64,000 bases of DNA from contig JAXHMY010000001.1 of NCBI GenBank assembly GCA_034520965.1, positions 64,001 through 128,000 of the forward strand, read 5' to 3'. A program made the translations under genes and the position numbers. This DNA is from Spirochaetia bacterium (GTDB lineage Bacteria > Spirochaetota > Spirochaetia > DSM-16054 > Sediminispirochaetaceae). The notes below the pieces were generated by a model, which worked only from the letters and a program-made list of their open reading frames with translations, was not told where the DNA came from and searched no databases. Below, piece by piece: positions 39,548 to 49,169 of the stretch (position 1 is the first letter of the stretch; every line of letters starts with the position of its first letter).

Positions 39548-39689
39548 CAGCGATTCTCAATTTGGAAGTCTTCTGACTTCCAAATTGAGAATTCGCATCA
39601 AATTCTTTGCAAATTTTTATATATCTTAACTTTTGGAGGCATTCTCAATTTGGATAGTGTAATTACACTATCCAAATTGAGAATTGCTG
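39548..39689. mobile_element. 142-bp MITE, copy 1
   Basis: 19-bp TIRs CAGC(G/A)ATTCTCAATTTGGA; 9-bp direct repeat TAAATGCCT at 39539-47 and 39690-98. Confidence 0.9.
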
Positions 39690-39777
39690 TAAATGCCTAT
39701 GAAAGCTTACGATGAGTATAGCACAGCATTGAAAACCGCCTATTCCTACTAAAGGCATTTTTTGTTACAATTGTGTT

Positions 39778-40530
39778 ATGAATACAACATTAACAGATAC
39801 AGCATCAAGAGCAGAGCGAAATAAGGCCTGGGCAGTGCACCTATTTACCGCCGCGGGTGCAATTGCAGGATTAAATGCTCTTATTCATATTTTGCAAGGA
39901 GATGTAACGGGAGTACTCATATGGCTTGTGATTGCCCTCATAATTGACGCTGCAGATGGGCCTCTCGCGCGCCGGTACCGGGTTGATAAAGTTCTGCCCA
40001 ATGTGGACGGCGTAGTCCTCGATCATGTGATCGACTACAGCACCTACGCATTGATTCCTGCAATCTTTCTCTACGAATTCAAGCTGGTACCGCCCGGCTG
40101 GGAGCTGGCGGCCGCAGCAGTGGTAGTGGTAAGCTCGTTGTACTGTTTTGCCAACAAAGGGCTAAAAGCCGAGGACAACTTTTTTACCGGCTTTCCCGCC
40201 GCCTGGAATCTGGTTGTATTAGGTTTTTATCTTCTTGAAACATCCCCTGTGCTAAATCTCGTACTTGTACCGATTATTGCAGCCCTAACCTTTACACCCA
40301 TTAAGGTGATACACCCCTTCCGGGTGCGCGCCTATCGCCCGCTTACAATAACTTTAACCTTCCTGTGGACGGCTTTGGCTGTTTACCTGGTAATCGAGAG
40401 AAAATCCAGTGGAAATCTATTTGAGTATGATCCTCTATTCTTGTGGGCTTTTATCCTGATCTCTGCCTATTTTATCATCATAAGCTTGATCCGCACTTTT
40501 CGGGAAGGCTCTGATAAGTACAGTAATTAG
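39778..40530 (+). CDS. pcs: Phosphatidylcholine synthase
   Basis: AVHLFTA, DAADGPLAR...DGVVLDHVIDY, DNFFTGFPAAWN, IHPFRV. Confidence 0.9.
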   Translation: MNTTLTDTASRAERNKAWAVHLFTAAGAIAGLNALIHILQGDVTGVLIWLVIALIIDAADGPLARRYRVDKVLPNVDGVVLDHVIDYSTYALIPAIFLYEFKLVPPGWELAAAAVVVVSSLYCFANKGLKAEDNFFTGFPAAWNLVVLGFYLLETSPVLNLVLVPIIAALTFTPIKVIHPFRVRAYRPLTITLTFLWTALAVYLVIERKSSGNLFEYDPLFLWAFILISAYFIIISLIRTFREGSDKYSN

Positions 40531-40760
40531 GAAAATCGTCTCCACCTACATGTCTGATCCGGTAGACGGCATCGCAGGGCTGGGGATCGCGTTTTCCGAA
40601 AAAATAGCCTTGTGCGCACCTTGCGCCGAGCCGTTAGGCAGTTCTCAGCTCATCTTCACTCTCTATACCTTGCACAAGGACCCTCCCCTCGTGCAAGGAG
40701 CTCGTAGCCGAAAATCTTGACGCCACCATTATTATGGTACATACTTATGGTATGTCGAAT

Positions 40761-41022
40761 ATGAACAGACGGGCGACTTTCGCTCTTGATGAGGAGACAG
40801 TCCACAGAATAAAAAAACTTGCAGGCCTTATGCATATTTCCCAAGCTGAGGTGGTCCTGTCGGGCAGTTGCGCTGGCTGAAGAGAAAGTCGACGAGACAG
40901 AGGCGGAGAAAATAAAGCGGATAGAAGCATACCATCAAAAAGGAGGAATAGCAGCGGAAAAGGCGGAAGAGTATCTCGCTGAAGTGAGAGTTAACCGTTC
41001 TTTTTGGGGTAGAAACTGGTGA
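40761..41022 (+). CDS. RHH/CopG-type antitoxin (frameshift near 40857)
   Basis: MNRRATFALDEETVHRIKKLA...SQAEVV continuing as RAVALAEEK in another frame; GTGA overlap with vapC. Confidence 0.7.
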
Positions 41023-41393
41023 TTCTTCTTGATACAAACTACCTCATCCGCTTCCTTGTCGAAGGAACTTATGAGGCCGAACGGGTAAAAAGCTGGATAC
41101 AACAGAAAAAAGAGCTTTGCACCTCCTCTATCTGTTGGTACGAATTTTCCTGCGGGCCGGTTGACGAGGAAGCTATTAACCTGGCCGCCTCAATCCTGAA
41201 CGAGCAGATTTTCCCTTTCTCCCCCGCCCAGGCTCGGGAAGCTGCCCGTCTCTTCAACCGTTGCGGCCGCACGCGCTCCTTACGGGTGGACGCAATGGTG
41301 GCCGCTGCAGCTATCATCTCCGAATCGGTTCTAGCGACGGAGAACTCGGAAGATTTCGCTCCCTTTGCTTCCTTTGGGCTGAAGCTGATATAA
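41019..41393 (+). CDS. vapC: VapC/PIN toxin
   Basis: ILLDTNYLI, VDAMVAAAA, LATENSEDF. Confidence 0.9.
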   Translation: MILLDTNYLIRFLVEGTYEAERVKSWIQQKKELCTSSICWYEFSCGPVDEEAINLAASILNEQIFPFSPAQAREAARLFNRCGRTRSLRVDAMVAAAAIISESVLATENSEDFAPFASFGLKLI

Positions 41394-41519
41394 AGAAAGA
41401 GGAATGGGAAAAACCACTATACCTCGTCACCAGCCCGATAACTCTTAGCTGGGGCTGAGCCCCCAGCAGAAAACCTCTACCTGTTCCGTCAACATCTAGT
41501 AGAATGTTCACATCTTCGT

Positions 41520-41768
41520 TCAACCGGAGTTCTCAAAAGCCAACAAAGTTAAGGTAATAGTTTGATCTTCATAGGTGTAGGCAAGAAGAGTTAACTGCTT
41601 ATTCATATTGAATTTATAAACAAGAACATCTGAAAGATCCCCGGTTTTAGCCTGACCACTATCGGGATCTTTCATAATGGCCTTTACCGCCTTGTCAAGA
41701 TCTGCTTTTTGATTGGCATGCAGTCTTTTATACACCTTTTTAAATGATGGTTTTTGTAAAACGCGCAT
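41520..41768 (-). CDS. RelE/ParE-like toxin (second copy)
   Basis: Near-identical to 1..196; C-terminus LLAFENSG may be truncated. Confidence 0.8.
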   Translation of the reverse strand: MRVLQKPSFKKVYKRLHANQKADLDKAVKAIMKDPDSGQAKTGDLSDVLVYKFNMNKQLTLLAYTYEDQTITLTLLAFENSG

Positions 41769-41771
41769 GGT

Positions 41772-41984
41772 TTACTCTTGTGAAAAATTGAACGGTTCTG
41801 CCTCTTCCTGCTGTGCAAGAAGAATCTGCTGGATAAAGCTGTAGGGCAGATCCGGGTTTTCTTCTGCAATTTTACCGATACGTGACCAGTATTCAATTTG
41901 TTTGGGAGTTGAGCGGCTATAAACGGCTGCATACCTTTTCGCTTCGTTAATTAAGTCGTCTGAAAGCTTAATTGTCATTGACAC
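41772..41984 (-). CDS. ParD-like antitoxin (second copy)
   Basis: Near-identical to 200..412. Confidence 0.8.
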   Translation of the reverse strand: MSMTIKLSDDLINEAKRYAAVYSRSTPKQIEYWSRIGKIAEENPDLPYSFIQQILLAQQEEAEPFNFSQE

Positions 41985-42289
41985 GGTCTTACCCTCCTGA
42001 ATTAAGTCTATAGTTATAATATAGGTAATAAGAGGTAAAAATACAACTTTATCATGCAAAAAGTTTCGCTAAAATCGGGGGCTTGCTGTTCCCCGAAGAT
42101 CAAATCAAGGGACAAGGTATTCGGCGGGTTGCTAACTGACAATTGCCCCCCCTTCAAGGCCCCGTTGGAAAAACCCCTTTATCTGGGAAAAGGCATCCAG
42201 AACCTCCGTCCCATGAGGGGTTCATCATATTTTTTTTAGACTGAAATTGCAATAAAACTTGACTATTCAACTTAGATTTTCTATCCTAA

Positions 42290-42306
42290 GTAATACTTAG
42301 TATTAC
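42290..42306. promoter_or_regulatory. Palindromic operator, possibly Zur/Fur-type
   Basis: GTAATACT-T-AGTATTAC just downstream of TTGACT(42259)/TATCCT(42282), upstream of znuA. Confidence 0.6.
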
Positions 42307-42371
42307 CAGCTCCTTCTAAGGATAGAATCTACATGGGAGAAGGGCTGAAGTCAATGTAGGAGGAGCAACAT

Positions 42372-43301
42372 ATGTTCAAAGAGAAAAAAAAATTTATCGG
42401 GGTGCTGCTGATAGCAATGGTTTTTCAGCTACTGCCTGTGATAGTTTTCGCCGCAGGCTCCGCTGAGGAGCAGCAGGCCTCCGAGGTTGAAACACTCGAT
42501 GTATACGTGAGTATCATGCCGCAAAAGTACTTTGTTGAGCGCATTGCCGGCGATTTGGCTGAGGTGCATGTGATGGTTCCTCCCGGACGGAGTCCAGCTA
42601 CATACGAACCTACCCCAAAGCAGGTATCGGTCTTGGGCGGGGCGGATGTATTCTTCACCCTTGGGGTGCCCTTCGAACAGAGTTTTCTGCCGAGAATTCG
42701 GGAAAATGTAACGGATCTTTGGATTGTTGATACCTCCGAAGGCATAGAACGCCGAGAAATCCAGTCAACCGTTGAAGATGAGGATCACGAGGATGACCAT
42801 GATCACGGCATGCTGGATCCGCACATCTGGGTATCGCCCCCCCTAGTGGAGAAGCAGGCCGAGAACATGTTGAAGGCATTGGTGGAGTTGGCTCCAAAAC
42901 GGGAGCAAGAATTGCGGGCGAAGTATCGCGAATTTCAGGCAGATCTGCAAGAGCTGCACGAGGATTTGAAGACCATACTCGAACCTGTTGAGGGAAGCCC
43001 CCTCTTCGTCTACCATCCCTCTTTCGGCTATTTCGCCGAAACCTACGGTTTGCATCAACTCCCCATAGAATTGGGCGGAAACGAACCCAGTCCCAAACAA
43101 CTTCAGAGGGTGATCTCCCTAGCCAAGGAGCGCGGCGTACGGGTGATATTCGTTCAACCGGAGTTCTCAAAGACCAGTGCCCAGCGGGTAGCGGAGGCGA
43201 TAAACGGGGCTGTAGTAGAAGTGGCCCCTTTGAAGCTCGATTATCTGCAGAATATGCGACAAATCGCACAGGAGGTTCGTCAAGGTCTGGAAGGCAAATA
43301 A
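42372..43301 (+). CDS. znuA: Zinc ABC transporter substrate-binding protein
   Basis: SPATYEP, His/Asp-rich loop EDEDHEDDHDHG, DPHIW, YHPSFGYFA. Confidence 0.85.
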   Translation: MFKEKKKFIGVLLIAMVFQLLPVIVFAAGSAEEQQASEVETLDVYVSIMPQKYFVERIAGDLAEVHVMVPPGRSPATYEPTPKQVSVLGGADVFFTLGVPFEQSFLPRIRENVTDLWIVDTSEGIERREIQSTVEDEDHEDDHDHGMLDPHIWVSPPLVEKQAENMLKALVELAPKREQELRAKYREFQADLQELHEDLKTILEPVEGSPLFVYHPSFGYFAETYGLHQLPIELGGNEPSPKQLQRVISLAKERGVRVIFVQPEFSKTSAQRVAEAINGAVVEVAPLKLDYLQNMRQIAQEVRQGLEGK

Positions 43302-43401
43302 CTCTTTTACGAAGCCGTGGGTCAATATCTCAGTTCCGATAACCATTTATGACTCTGGAATCGGTCGCCCCCTGCCTATAAAGAAACAGAGGCGTACCGC
43401 A

Positions 43402-43462
43402 GGACCAAAGGTCCGAGGAACGCAGCGAGAATCGGCCGTTAGGTCGGTTCTCGCTGCGTTCC
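43402..43462 (+). repeat. Long hairpin (REP-like or terminator)
   Basis: GGACC-AAA-GGTCC, then a 21-bp stem GGAACGCAGCGAGAATCGGCC-gtta-GGTCGGTTCTCGCTGCGTTCC with two G-U pairs. Confidence 0.6.
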
Positions 43463-43711
43463 CTATCACTGTTTTTCGGCATACAACATTACTATAACGA
43501 ATACTATTCTGGTCCGCAACTTCGAGCCGGACGGCGAATCGAATGGCTTCACCACACGCATCACCCGTATCAATATACGGTGAGTTTTACAAGATAGTCT
43601 TGAAAGAGATCAAAAGAGAGGAGTTCTTGTTGCATAACCGAGGCCGGTTGAAAAACCTTAACGCTATAATTGCGGGAACCGGTACGGTACCCGCAGTTGC
43701 GGCTTCTACTT

Positions 43712-43795
43712 TCATTCTTTTCATTCTTTTCATTCTTTTCAGGTCTTTTCAGGTCTTTTCAGGTCTTTTCAGGTCTTTTCAGGTCTTTTCAGGTC
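43712..43795. repeat. Compound minisatellite (TCATTCTTT)x3 + (AGGTCTTTTC)x5.5
   Basis: Read directly from sequence. Confidence 0.9.
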
Positions 43796-44094
43796 ATATT
43801 TTTCTGTTGCTTTTTTATAAGAAAATACCAGGCGGCGGCCATCCCGATATCCGGTTCTCCGTCTATCACAGCCTGAATATCCTTCATGGAAGCCACTTTC
43901 TTTCCTAAATCATCTTTCACGGTTTTGCCGTCGAAGTCGAGAAGCTTTTTCCCTCTGTTATCCCGGATACTTTTACGATCTATTTGTCCCAACAGAGCGG
44001 CATTCCACCCTCTTACATAAGTGCGGTCGATTTCCCCCATCTTTCTGCCTGAACTGTCCCTCAGCACAGTTCCATCATAGGTATACTCTGCCAT
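43789..44094 (-). CDS. Small hypothetical protein with short beta-rich repeats
   Basis: RBS AGGAGG; repeated 'DG..lrD..GkK' units; C-terminal hydrophobic patch. Confidence 0.7.
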   Translation of the reverse strand: MAEYTYDGTVLRDSSGRKMGEIDRTYVRGWNAALLGQIDRKSIRDNRGKKLLDFDGKTVKDDLGKKVASMKDIQAVIDGEPDIGMAAAWYFLIKKQQKNMT

Positions 44095-44324
44095 ATCCCC
44101 CTCCTGATGATAGATAGTATAGTTCAGAATCAACAGAATTTCCGGTATCCACTACTTAACTTGTCATCCATATTTACGACATTCTTTTCGTGTATTTTGT
44201 ATCGTGAATATCGACACGTATAATTATTATCATTACTATTTGATGTATGTAAAAAGTGAACAGCCCACCGCTTCACAGTTGATCTATCCCTCGATCGCTT
44301 TGGCGTAGGCAAGCAATTCTGCAA

Positions 44325-44681
44325 TTAATCATTCAGTCTTTGCGACTCGAACTTCTGCCGAAGCTCTTCATTGCTCTTCCCCGAGTCGAACTCAGCATAG
44401 AAGACTCCTTCGTCACTTTCGTTTATGAAGAACTCTCTGTATTCTCCTTCGCCGAGTACCATTACATAGCGGTACAGGGATAATGAGGCAGTAAGACTTT
44501 TCGGCTTTGATTCGGGAGGGGCTGCTTCGAATCGATATATACCGATACGCCCTTTCATTATGGCTTCGAGTGTTTTCTCTATTTTTATATACTGCTCTTC
44601 ATCGACCAAGCCATTCCAGATCATTCCGAGAATTAATACACTCTCCAAAGAATCCGGCTTGATCTCTATTTTTGTAATCAT
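44325..44681 (-). CDS. Hypothetical protein
   Basis: RBS AGGAGG before ATG 44681; no recognisable motif. Confidence 0.55.
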   Translation of the reverse strand: MITKIEIKPDSLESVLILGMIWNGLVDEEQYIKIEKTLEAIMKGRIGIYRFEAAPPESKPKSLTASLSLYRYVMVLGEGEYREFFINESDEGVFYAEFDSGKSNEELRQKFESQRLND

Positions 44682-44739
44682 TTTATAGCCTCCTAATCCC
44701 CTTCCCTTTCTAAATTTCAAGATATTATGTTTTTAGACA

Positions 44740-45195
44740 TTGTCAATGAAAATCTATTTGGAATTTTCTTTTGCAATCGGAATTGTATTGAATGTAGGTT
44801 TTATTATTGTTGAAGTAACCTTCGGGCTACTAGTAAACTCCTTGGCCTTGATTGCCGATGCCGGAATTTCGTTTGGAGTTGTCATCGTCGGACTCGTGTT
44901 AACTTTTACAAGTTTTTACTGGCTCGACCCGGTTGTGAGTATCATAATTGCATTGATAATATTTTGGGGCACTTGGAACCTGTTGAAGGATTCTACAAGC
45001 TTAGCGCTTGAAGCTGTTCCGAAAGAAATTGATATAGCAGGGGTTGAAAAGTATCTTACCTCTCTGCAGGAAGTAGAGAGTGTTCACCATCTGCATATTT
45101 GGGCAATGAGTACAACTGAAACTGCTCTTACTATTCATGCTACAATTCAAATAGAAGACCCGGGTGATCCAGACTGCAAGCAGAATCATATTTGA
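44740..45195 (+). pseudogene. CzcD-type cation diffusion facilitator with internal deletions
   Basis: SLALIADAG joined to ISFGVV; WLDPVVS, HHLHIWAMSTTE, HATIQIE; only 151 aa. Confidence 0.8.
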
Positions 45196-45212
45196 GCGCG
45201 CCAGGACTGTCG

Positions 45213-46553
45213 TTAGAAGCCCCCCCTCAGCGTCACTATACTGTGGGCCGGCACCTCACATGCTGACGCTTTGGCCTCTGTTTTTTCTTTTATTAAGACC
45301 CGGAAATCTGTTTCAGACTCGTTCATAACCACAACTACGATTTCATCAGTAGGAGTAAGAAATGCGATATGATGCAATTTTTCAGTGTGCTCAGCTTCAC
45401 TTGAACCGATACGGACCGAGCCGGGAGGCACAAAGCGGCTAAAATGTCCTATGTACCAGTATGAGCTGTTGTAATAAAGCTCTCCGGCGGCGGTGTCGGC
45501 AATAATCGGGGCATCGCAGTAGTTGCCCACATGGTTTGGGCCGCCGCGTTCATCAAGGACAATATTCCAATCAATCCACGCCTCTACCCAGTTGCGCATA
45601 TCCCCAATGATGTTTCTCCCGTAACGCTCACCGGTGAACCACTTCCCTACCTGCGGGCCGCCCTCCTGACAGCCTTCGGTAAAAATAAGATGCGTTTCGG
45701 GGAATGCATTGTGCAGCCGGCCCAGGTTTTCAAACTCCTCGGAGACATACCAGTGATGCCCGACTCCCCATACATAGCCGGCGGCCTCTCTATCGGAGAG
45801 GACATGCCGAGCTCGTTCAAAAACCAAATCGCGGTTATGGTCCCAAATCAGCAGCTTCAGGCCTGAAAAAGCGGATCCGGCAACAGTTGGTCCAAGGTAG
45901 TCTCGCACAAAATCCCGCTCTTCGGCGGCAGTGTACAGGCAGGAATCCCACACTTGCACGGCCGCCGGCTCATTCTGTACGCTTATCGCATCTATACTGA
46001 TTCCCTGTGCAGCCATAGCCTGCAGATAGCGAATGTAATAGTCGGCCCAGACTTGGCGGAATTCCGGTCGCAGGGTGCCCCCGCCGTTCATGTCTCCGTT
46101 GGTTTTCATCCATTCCGGCGGGCTCCAGGGCGAGGCAAGCAGAAAAAGCGGGCGGCCGGCAATAACCTGGGCCTGATGGATAGTCGGAAGTACCCATCGC
46201 CTCTCCCTGGAGATATCGAAGCTCTTGAGCTCGGTATCAAAGCTATCTACATAGCTGTAGTTTTTTAGACTGAAATCGCACGAATTGATGTGTACCCGGC
46301 TCATCGTGTAGGCGTTTCCCCGCCGGGGATCAAAATAGGCCTGCAGCACCTTTTCTCTCATATCCTCCGGTAACCGGCTCAGTGTATAGGCAGCAGCCTC
46401 TGTAATTGCACCGCCAAAACCAAGGACAGTTTGGTATTTCTTTTCAGGCAGAATCTCTATCTCACAATTCGCCCTCTCTGAGTCCGGGACTGCGTATCCA
46501 ATATCTGTTATCCGCTCGCCCTTTTCAAAACTCGTTCGAAACATCTGTAACAA
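45213..46553 (-). CDS. Glycoside hydrolase family 30 (glucosylceramidase / beta-1,6-glucanase-like)
   Basis: GFGGAIT, SCDFS, ASPWSPPEWMKT, QNEP, DHNR, TEGC, HFSRFV. Confidence 0.93.
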   Translation of the reverse strand: MLQMFRTSFEKGERITDIGYAVPDSERANCEIEILPEKKYQTVLGFGGAITEAAAYTLSRLPEDMREKVLQAYFDPRRGNAYTMSRVHINSCDFSLKNYSYVDSFDTELKSFDISRERRWVLPTIHQAQVIAGRPLFLLASPWSPPEWMKTNGDMNGGGTLRPEFRQVWADYYIRYLQAMAAQGISIDAISVQNEPAAVQVWDSCLYTAAEERDFVRDYLGPTVAGSAFSGLKLLIWDHNRDLVFERARHVLSDREAAGYVWGVGHHWYVSEEFENLGRLHNAFPETHLIFTEGCQEGGPQVGKWFTGERYGRNIIGDMRNWVEAWIDWNIVLDERGGPNHVGNYCDAPIIADTAAGELYYNSSYWYIGHFSRFVPPGSVRIGSSEAEHTEKLHHIAFLTPTDEIVVVVMNESETDFRVLIKEKTEAKASACEVPAHSIVTLRGGF

Positions 46554-46681
46554 TTCGGCACCCTCCAATAAATAATTGCCTTTAACCAATTGCCTATAAC
46601 AGAGCCCCGCCGGATTTTTTATCCGGCAGGGCTTCAAGTAGAAAAAACCGTCTTTTGAATCAGAACTAAGTTTACTCCAGC

Positions 46682-47965
46682 TTACTGCGCAGCGGCTAAA
46701 GCCCGTTTCCACGTACGATCGAGGGTTTGAATAATCTCGCCCTTTGTCACTTGTTCCGAGTAGTAGCTCTGCAGCAATTTTGCAGTTTCATCGGTAACTG
46801 CTCCCGGGAGGGACAGATCAAGGTACGCATGCCCTGTTTCTACATACTCCATTGCTTCCTCTACCCAGGGAAACACAGTATAGTCATGGAATTCCGCTAC
46901 CGGATTAAACTTAAGTTCCTCAAACAATGCGGGGGAATGCTTTTTATCCAGGAGGAAATTAAGCAACTCATAGGCGATGTCCTTATTCTCGCTGGTCGGG
47001 GAAACTGCCACAGAAGTTGAGGTAGCCAGGTTTATCATTGCGGCATCCGGGTCGTTACTTACGGGAAGGGGTGCTACTCCAAAGTTCATATCAGGATTCA
47101 CTTTGAGAATAGATTCGGCCATCCACGGTCCCTGTACCCACATTGCAGCCTCTTCATTTGCAAAGGCGGTTGATCCCGCTACACTTCCCACCTCGAAGGG
47201 ACGCTTGGTCCCGTTCGCCATTATAATATCGATTATTTCAAATACCTGGTCCACGTCGGCGTATGATGCATCGCCGGTGTTCATATCTTCAACAAAGCCA
47301 GGATACTCCGAGTTTACTACGCCCCCAAGGGACAAGGCCATCATAAGCTGGGGTATCCACGATTCCTGAAAAGCCAACAAAAAGGGCGCCTCACCAGCTT
47401 TTTGAAGGGCTGCAACTACTTTCTTCATCTCAGCAGTTGTTCTTGGCGGTTTCAGGTTGTGCTCGTTAAACATATCTTTATTGTACAGATACCCCCAGGC
47501 AAGACTCTCCAGGGGAAGTGCCACAACCTTTGAGTCATAGCTAACTGTTTTTCGAACCCCTTCAAAAAGATCGTCTACAAAGGGTTGGTCCGACAAATCC
47601 GAAAGATAGCCGGCTTCATAAAAGGTGGGAATGTCGGCAATTGCATGTAAAGTGTATAAATCCGGTGCGTCATTCGATGCCAGCCGAGTCTTCAGGATTT
47701 GGTCCGCCTGCTCTACATTCGGCATCTCCAGCTTTATGGTTACATCAATGTTGTTTTCTTTTAATTGCTGCCGGCGAAATTCTTCAAAATAATCCTCAAA
47801 CTGTTCCTGAAAACGGGGAAAACTCATAAAAACCTTCAGTTTGACCTCTCTTGGTCCTTCGGCCTGTGCGCCTTGTTCCTTCTCACCCGCTGCAAAGCTG
47901 TGTGCAGCACAGAGGGCGAATAACAAAACCAGTCCTATAAAAAAGTTGCTTCCTCTTTTTCTCAT
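46682..47965 (-). CDS. Sugar ABC transporter substrate-binding protein
   Basis: Signal peptide, PDLY, LYNKDMF, QGPW. Confidence 0.9.
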   Translation of the reverse strand: MRKRGSNFFIGLVLLFALCAAHSFAAGEKEQGAQAEGPREVKLKVFMSFPRFQEQFEDYFEEFRRQQLKENNIDVTIKLEMPNVEQADQILKTRLASNDAPDLYTLHAIADIPTFYEAGYLSDLSDQPFVDDLFEGVRKTVSYDSKVVALPLESLAWGYLYNKDMFNEHNLKPPRTTAEMKKVVAALQKAGEAPFLLAFQESWIPQLMMALSLGGVVNSEYPGFVEDMNTGDASYADVDQVFEIIDIIMANGTKRPFEVGSVAGSTAFANEEAAMWVQGPWMAESILKVNPDMNFGVAPLPVSNDPDAAMINLATSTSVAVSPTSENKDIAYELLNFLLDKKHSPALFEELKFNPVAEFHDYTVFPWVEEAMEYVETGHAYLDLSLPGAVTDETAKLLQSYYSEQVTKGEIIQTLDRTWKRALAAAQ

Positions 47966-48018
47966 GGCAATAGCCTCCTTTCATAATCTGTTTCCTTTAT
48001 AGCTCGCCGCCGGCAGAC

Positions 48019-48062
48019 TGTCTTTTGTCAATATTAACACCCGCTATTGGATATAATTGATA
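48019..48062. promoter_or_regulatory. Shared upstream motif of glycan locus (copy 1)
   Basis: TGTCTTT-N5-ATATTAACA-N15-AATTGATA, same spacing as 54419-54462. Confidence 0.6.
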
Positions 48063-48080
48063 CAGCAAGACCTCATAGCA

Positions 48081-49169
48081 CTATGTACGAAGTTGTCCCG
48101 GTGCGATACCAAAATGCTTTTTGAATACCCGGTAAAAGTACGCAAGGTCCGAATACCCTGAAAGATACGCCGCTTCCTTTATCTCTATCCCTTCGTCTAT
48201 AATTAGATGCCGTGCGGCTTCCATTCGCTTTCGGGTGATGTACTCATTGACGGTTTCCTGCTGAGATTTTCGAAAGGTCCGGCTTAGATGTTCCTTGCTA
48301 ACTAGAAACATTTTGGCAACGGTTTCTAAAGAGATAGGTTCCTGATAATAGTGATCAATATGGTCCTTCACCATATCTGTATCCAGGTAATCTTTGAATC
48401 GTCGTGCCTCTTTGATCAACTCGATTGCCTCAGCAGAAACCGCAGCCAGGGAGTCAAATATTTCTGCATGGCCCAATTGTTCTATTTGGCGATCTCTAAA
48501 AATACCCGGGTCGGGAGTTATCTCGCTTCGTATCACAAACTCTTCCAGAAGTAACAGATAGTCGTGAACAATGCGACTTCGTAAATCAGCATCCGGAAAG
48601 CCTTCACTAAGCGAGGTCAAGTAGTTCTGCAGATCCTGCAGGGTTTCTGCTACACCGGCACTGTCCAGTTTAAGCAGAAAAGCAAATACCCGGCGTCTAT
48701 GCTGCACATATTCATCGAGAACTTCTCGATTTTGAAATATCACTGGGGTCCGCATAGATACCGGCTCGCGGGACCCGGATTCAATTTCCGTCACACACTG
48801 TTGCAGAATATTGTTCAGCTCTACAGGATTGATAGGTTTTATCAAATAATCCAGGGCTTTCGACTTTAAGGCCTGGCGCAGATAGGCGAAATCATCATAC
48901 CCACTCATCACTACTATCTTGACAGCAGGAAAATCATGATGTATCGCTTTCAGCAAATCTATACCGTCGATTCCGGGCATCTTCATATCGGCAATGACAA
49001 TATCCGCGGCAACCGATCGCAGCAGTTCTAATCCGGCATCGCCGTCATCAGCCTCGCCTGCTAGGGTAATCCCCAAACGCTCCCATTCGGTGAGTGTTTT
49101 AACCACTTCCCTGGACCAAGGCTCATCATCGACTATGATCATCCTGACCATCATTGTGTTACTCCTCAT
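48081..49169 (-). CDS. YesN-like response regulator (REC + AraC HTH)
   Basis: IVDDE, DMKMP, DYLIKP, GYSDLAYFYRVFKK. Confidence 0.92.
   Translation of the reverse strand: MRSNTMMVRMIIVDDEPWSREVVKTLTEWERLGITLAGEADDGDAGLELLRSVAADIVIADMKMPGIDGIDLLKAIHHDFPAVKIVVMSGYDDFAYLRQALKSKALDYLIKPINPVELNNILQQCVTEIESGSREPVSMRTPVIFQNREVLDEYVQHRRRVFAFLLKLDSAGVAETLQDLQNYLTSLSEGFPDADLRSRIVHDYLLLLEEFVIRSEITPDPGIFRDRQIEQLGHAEIFDSLAAVSAEAIELIKEARRFKDYLDTDMVKDHIDHYYQEPISLETVAKMFLVSKEHLSRTFRKSQQETVNEYITRKRMEAARHLIIDEGIEIKEAAYLSGYSDLAYFYRVFKKHFGIAPGQLRT

Noticed and set aside
39548..39689. Palindromic repeats as a CRISPR array or simple terminators
   Set aside because: No repeat-spacer periodicity and no cas genes; TIRs plus distinct 9-bp target duplications fit a MITE better
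40610..40645. attC-like GTTAGGC core upstream of a TA pair
   Set aside because: No matching RYYYAAC inverse core at a suitable distance, no repeated sites and no integron integrase in the window
43543..43908. Plus-strand ORFs with FRSFQVFSG repeats
   Set aside because: Translation of the minisatellite and antisense to the likelier minus-strand gene
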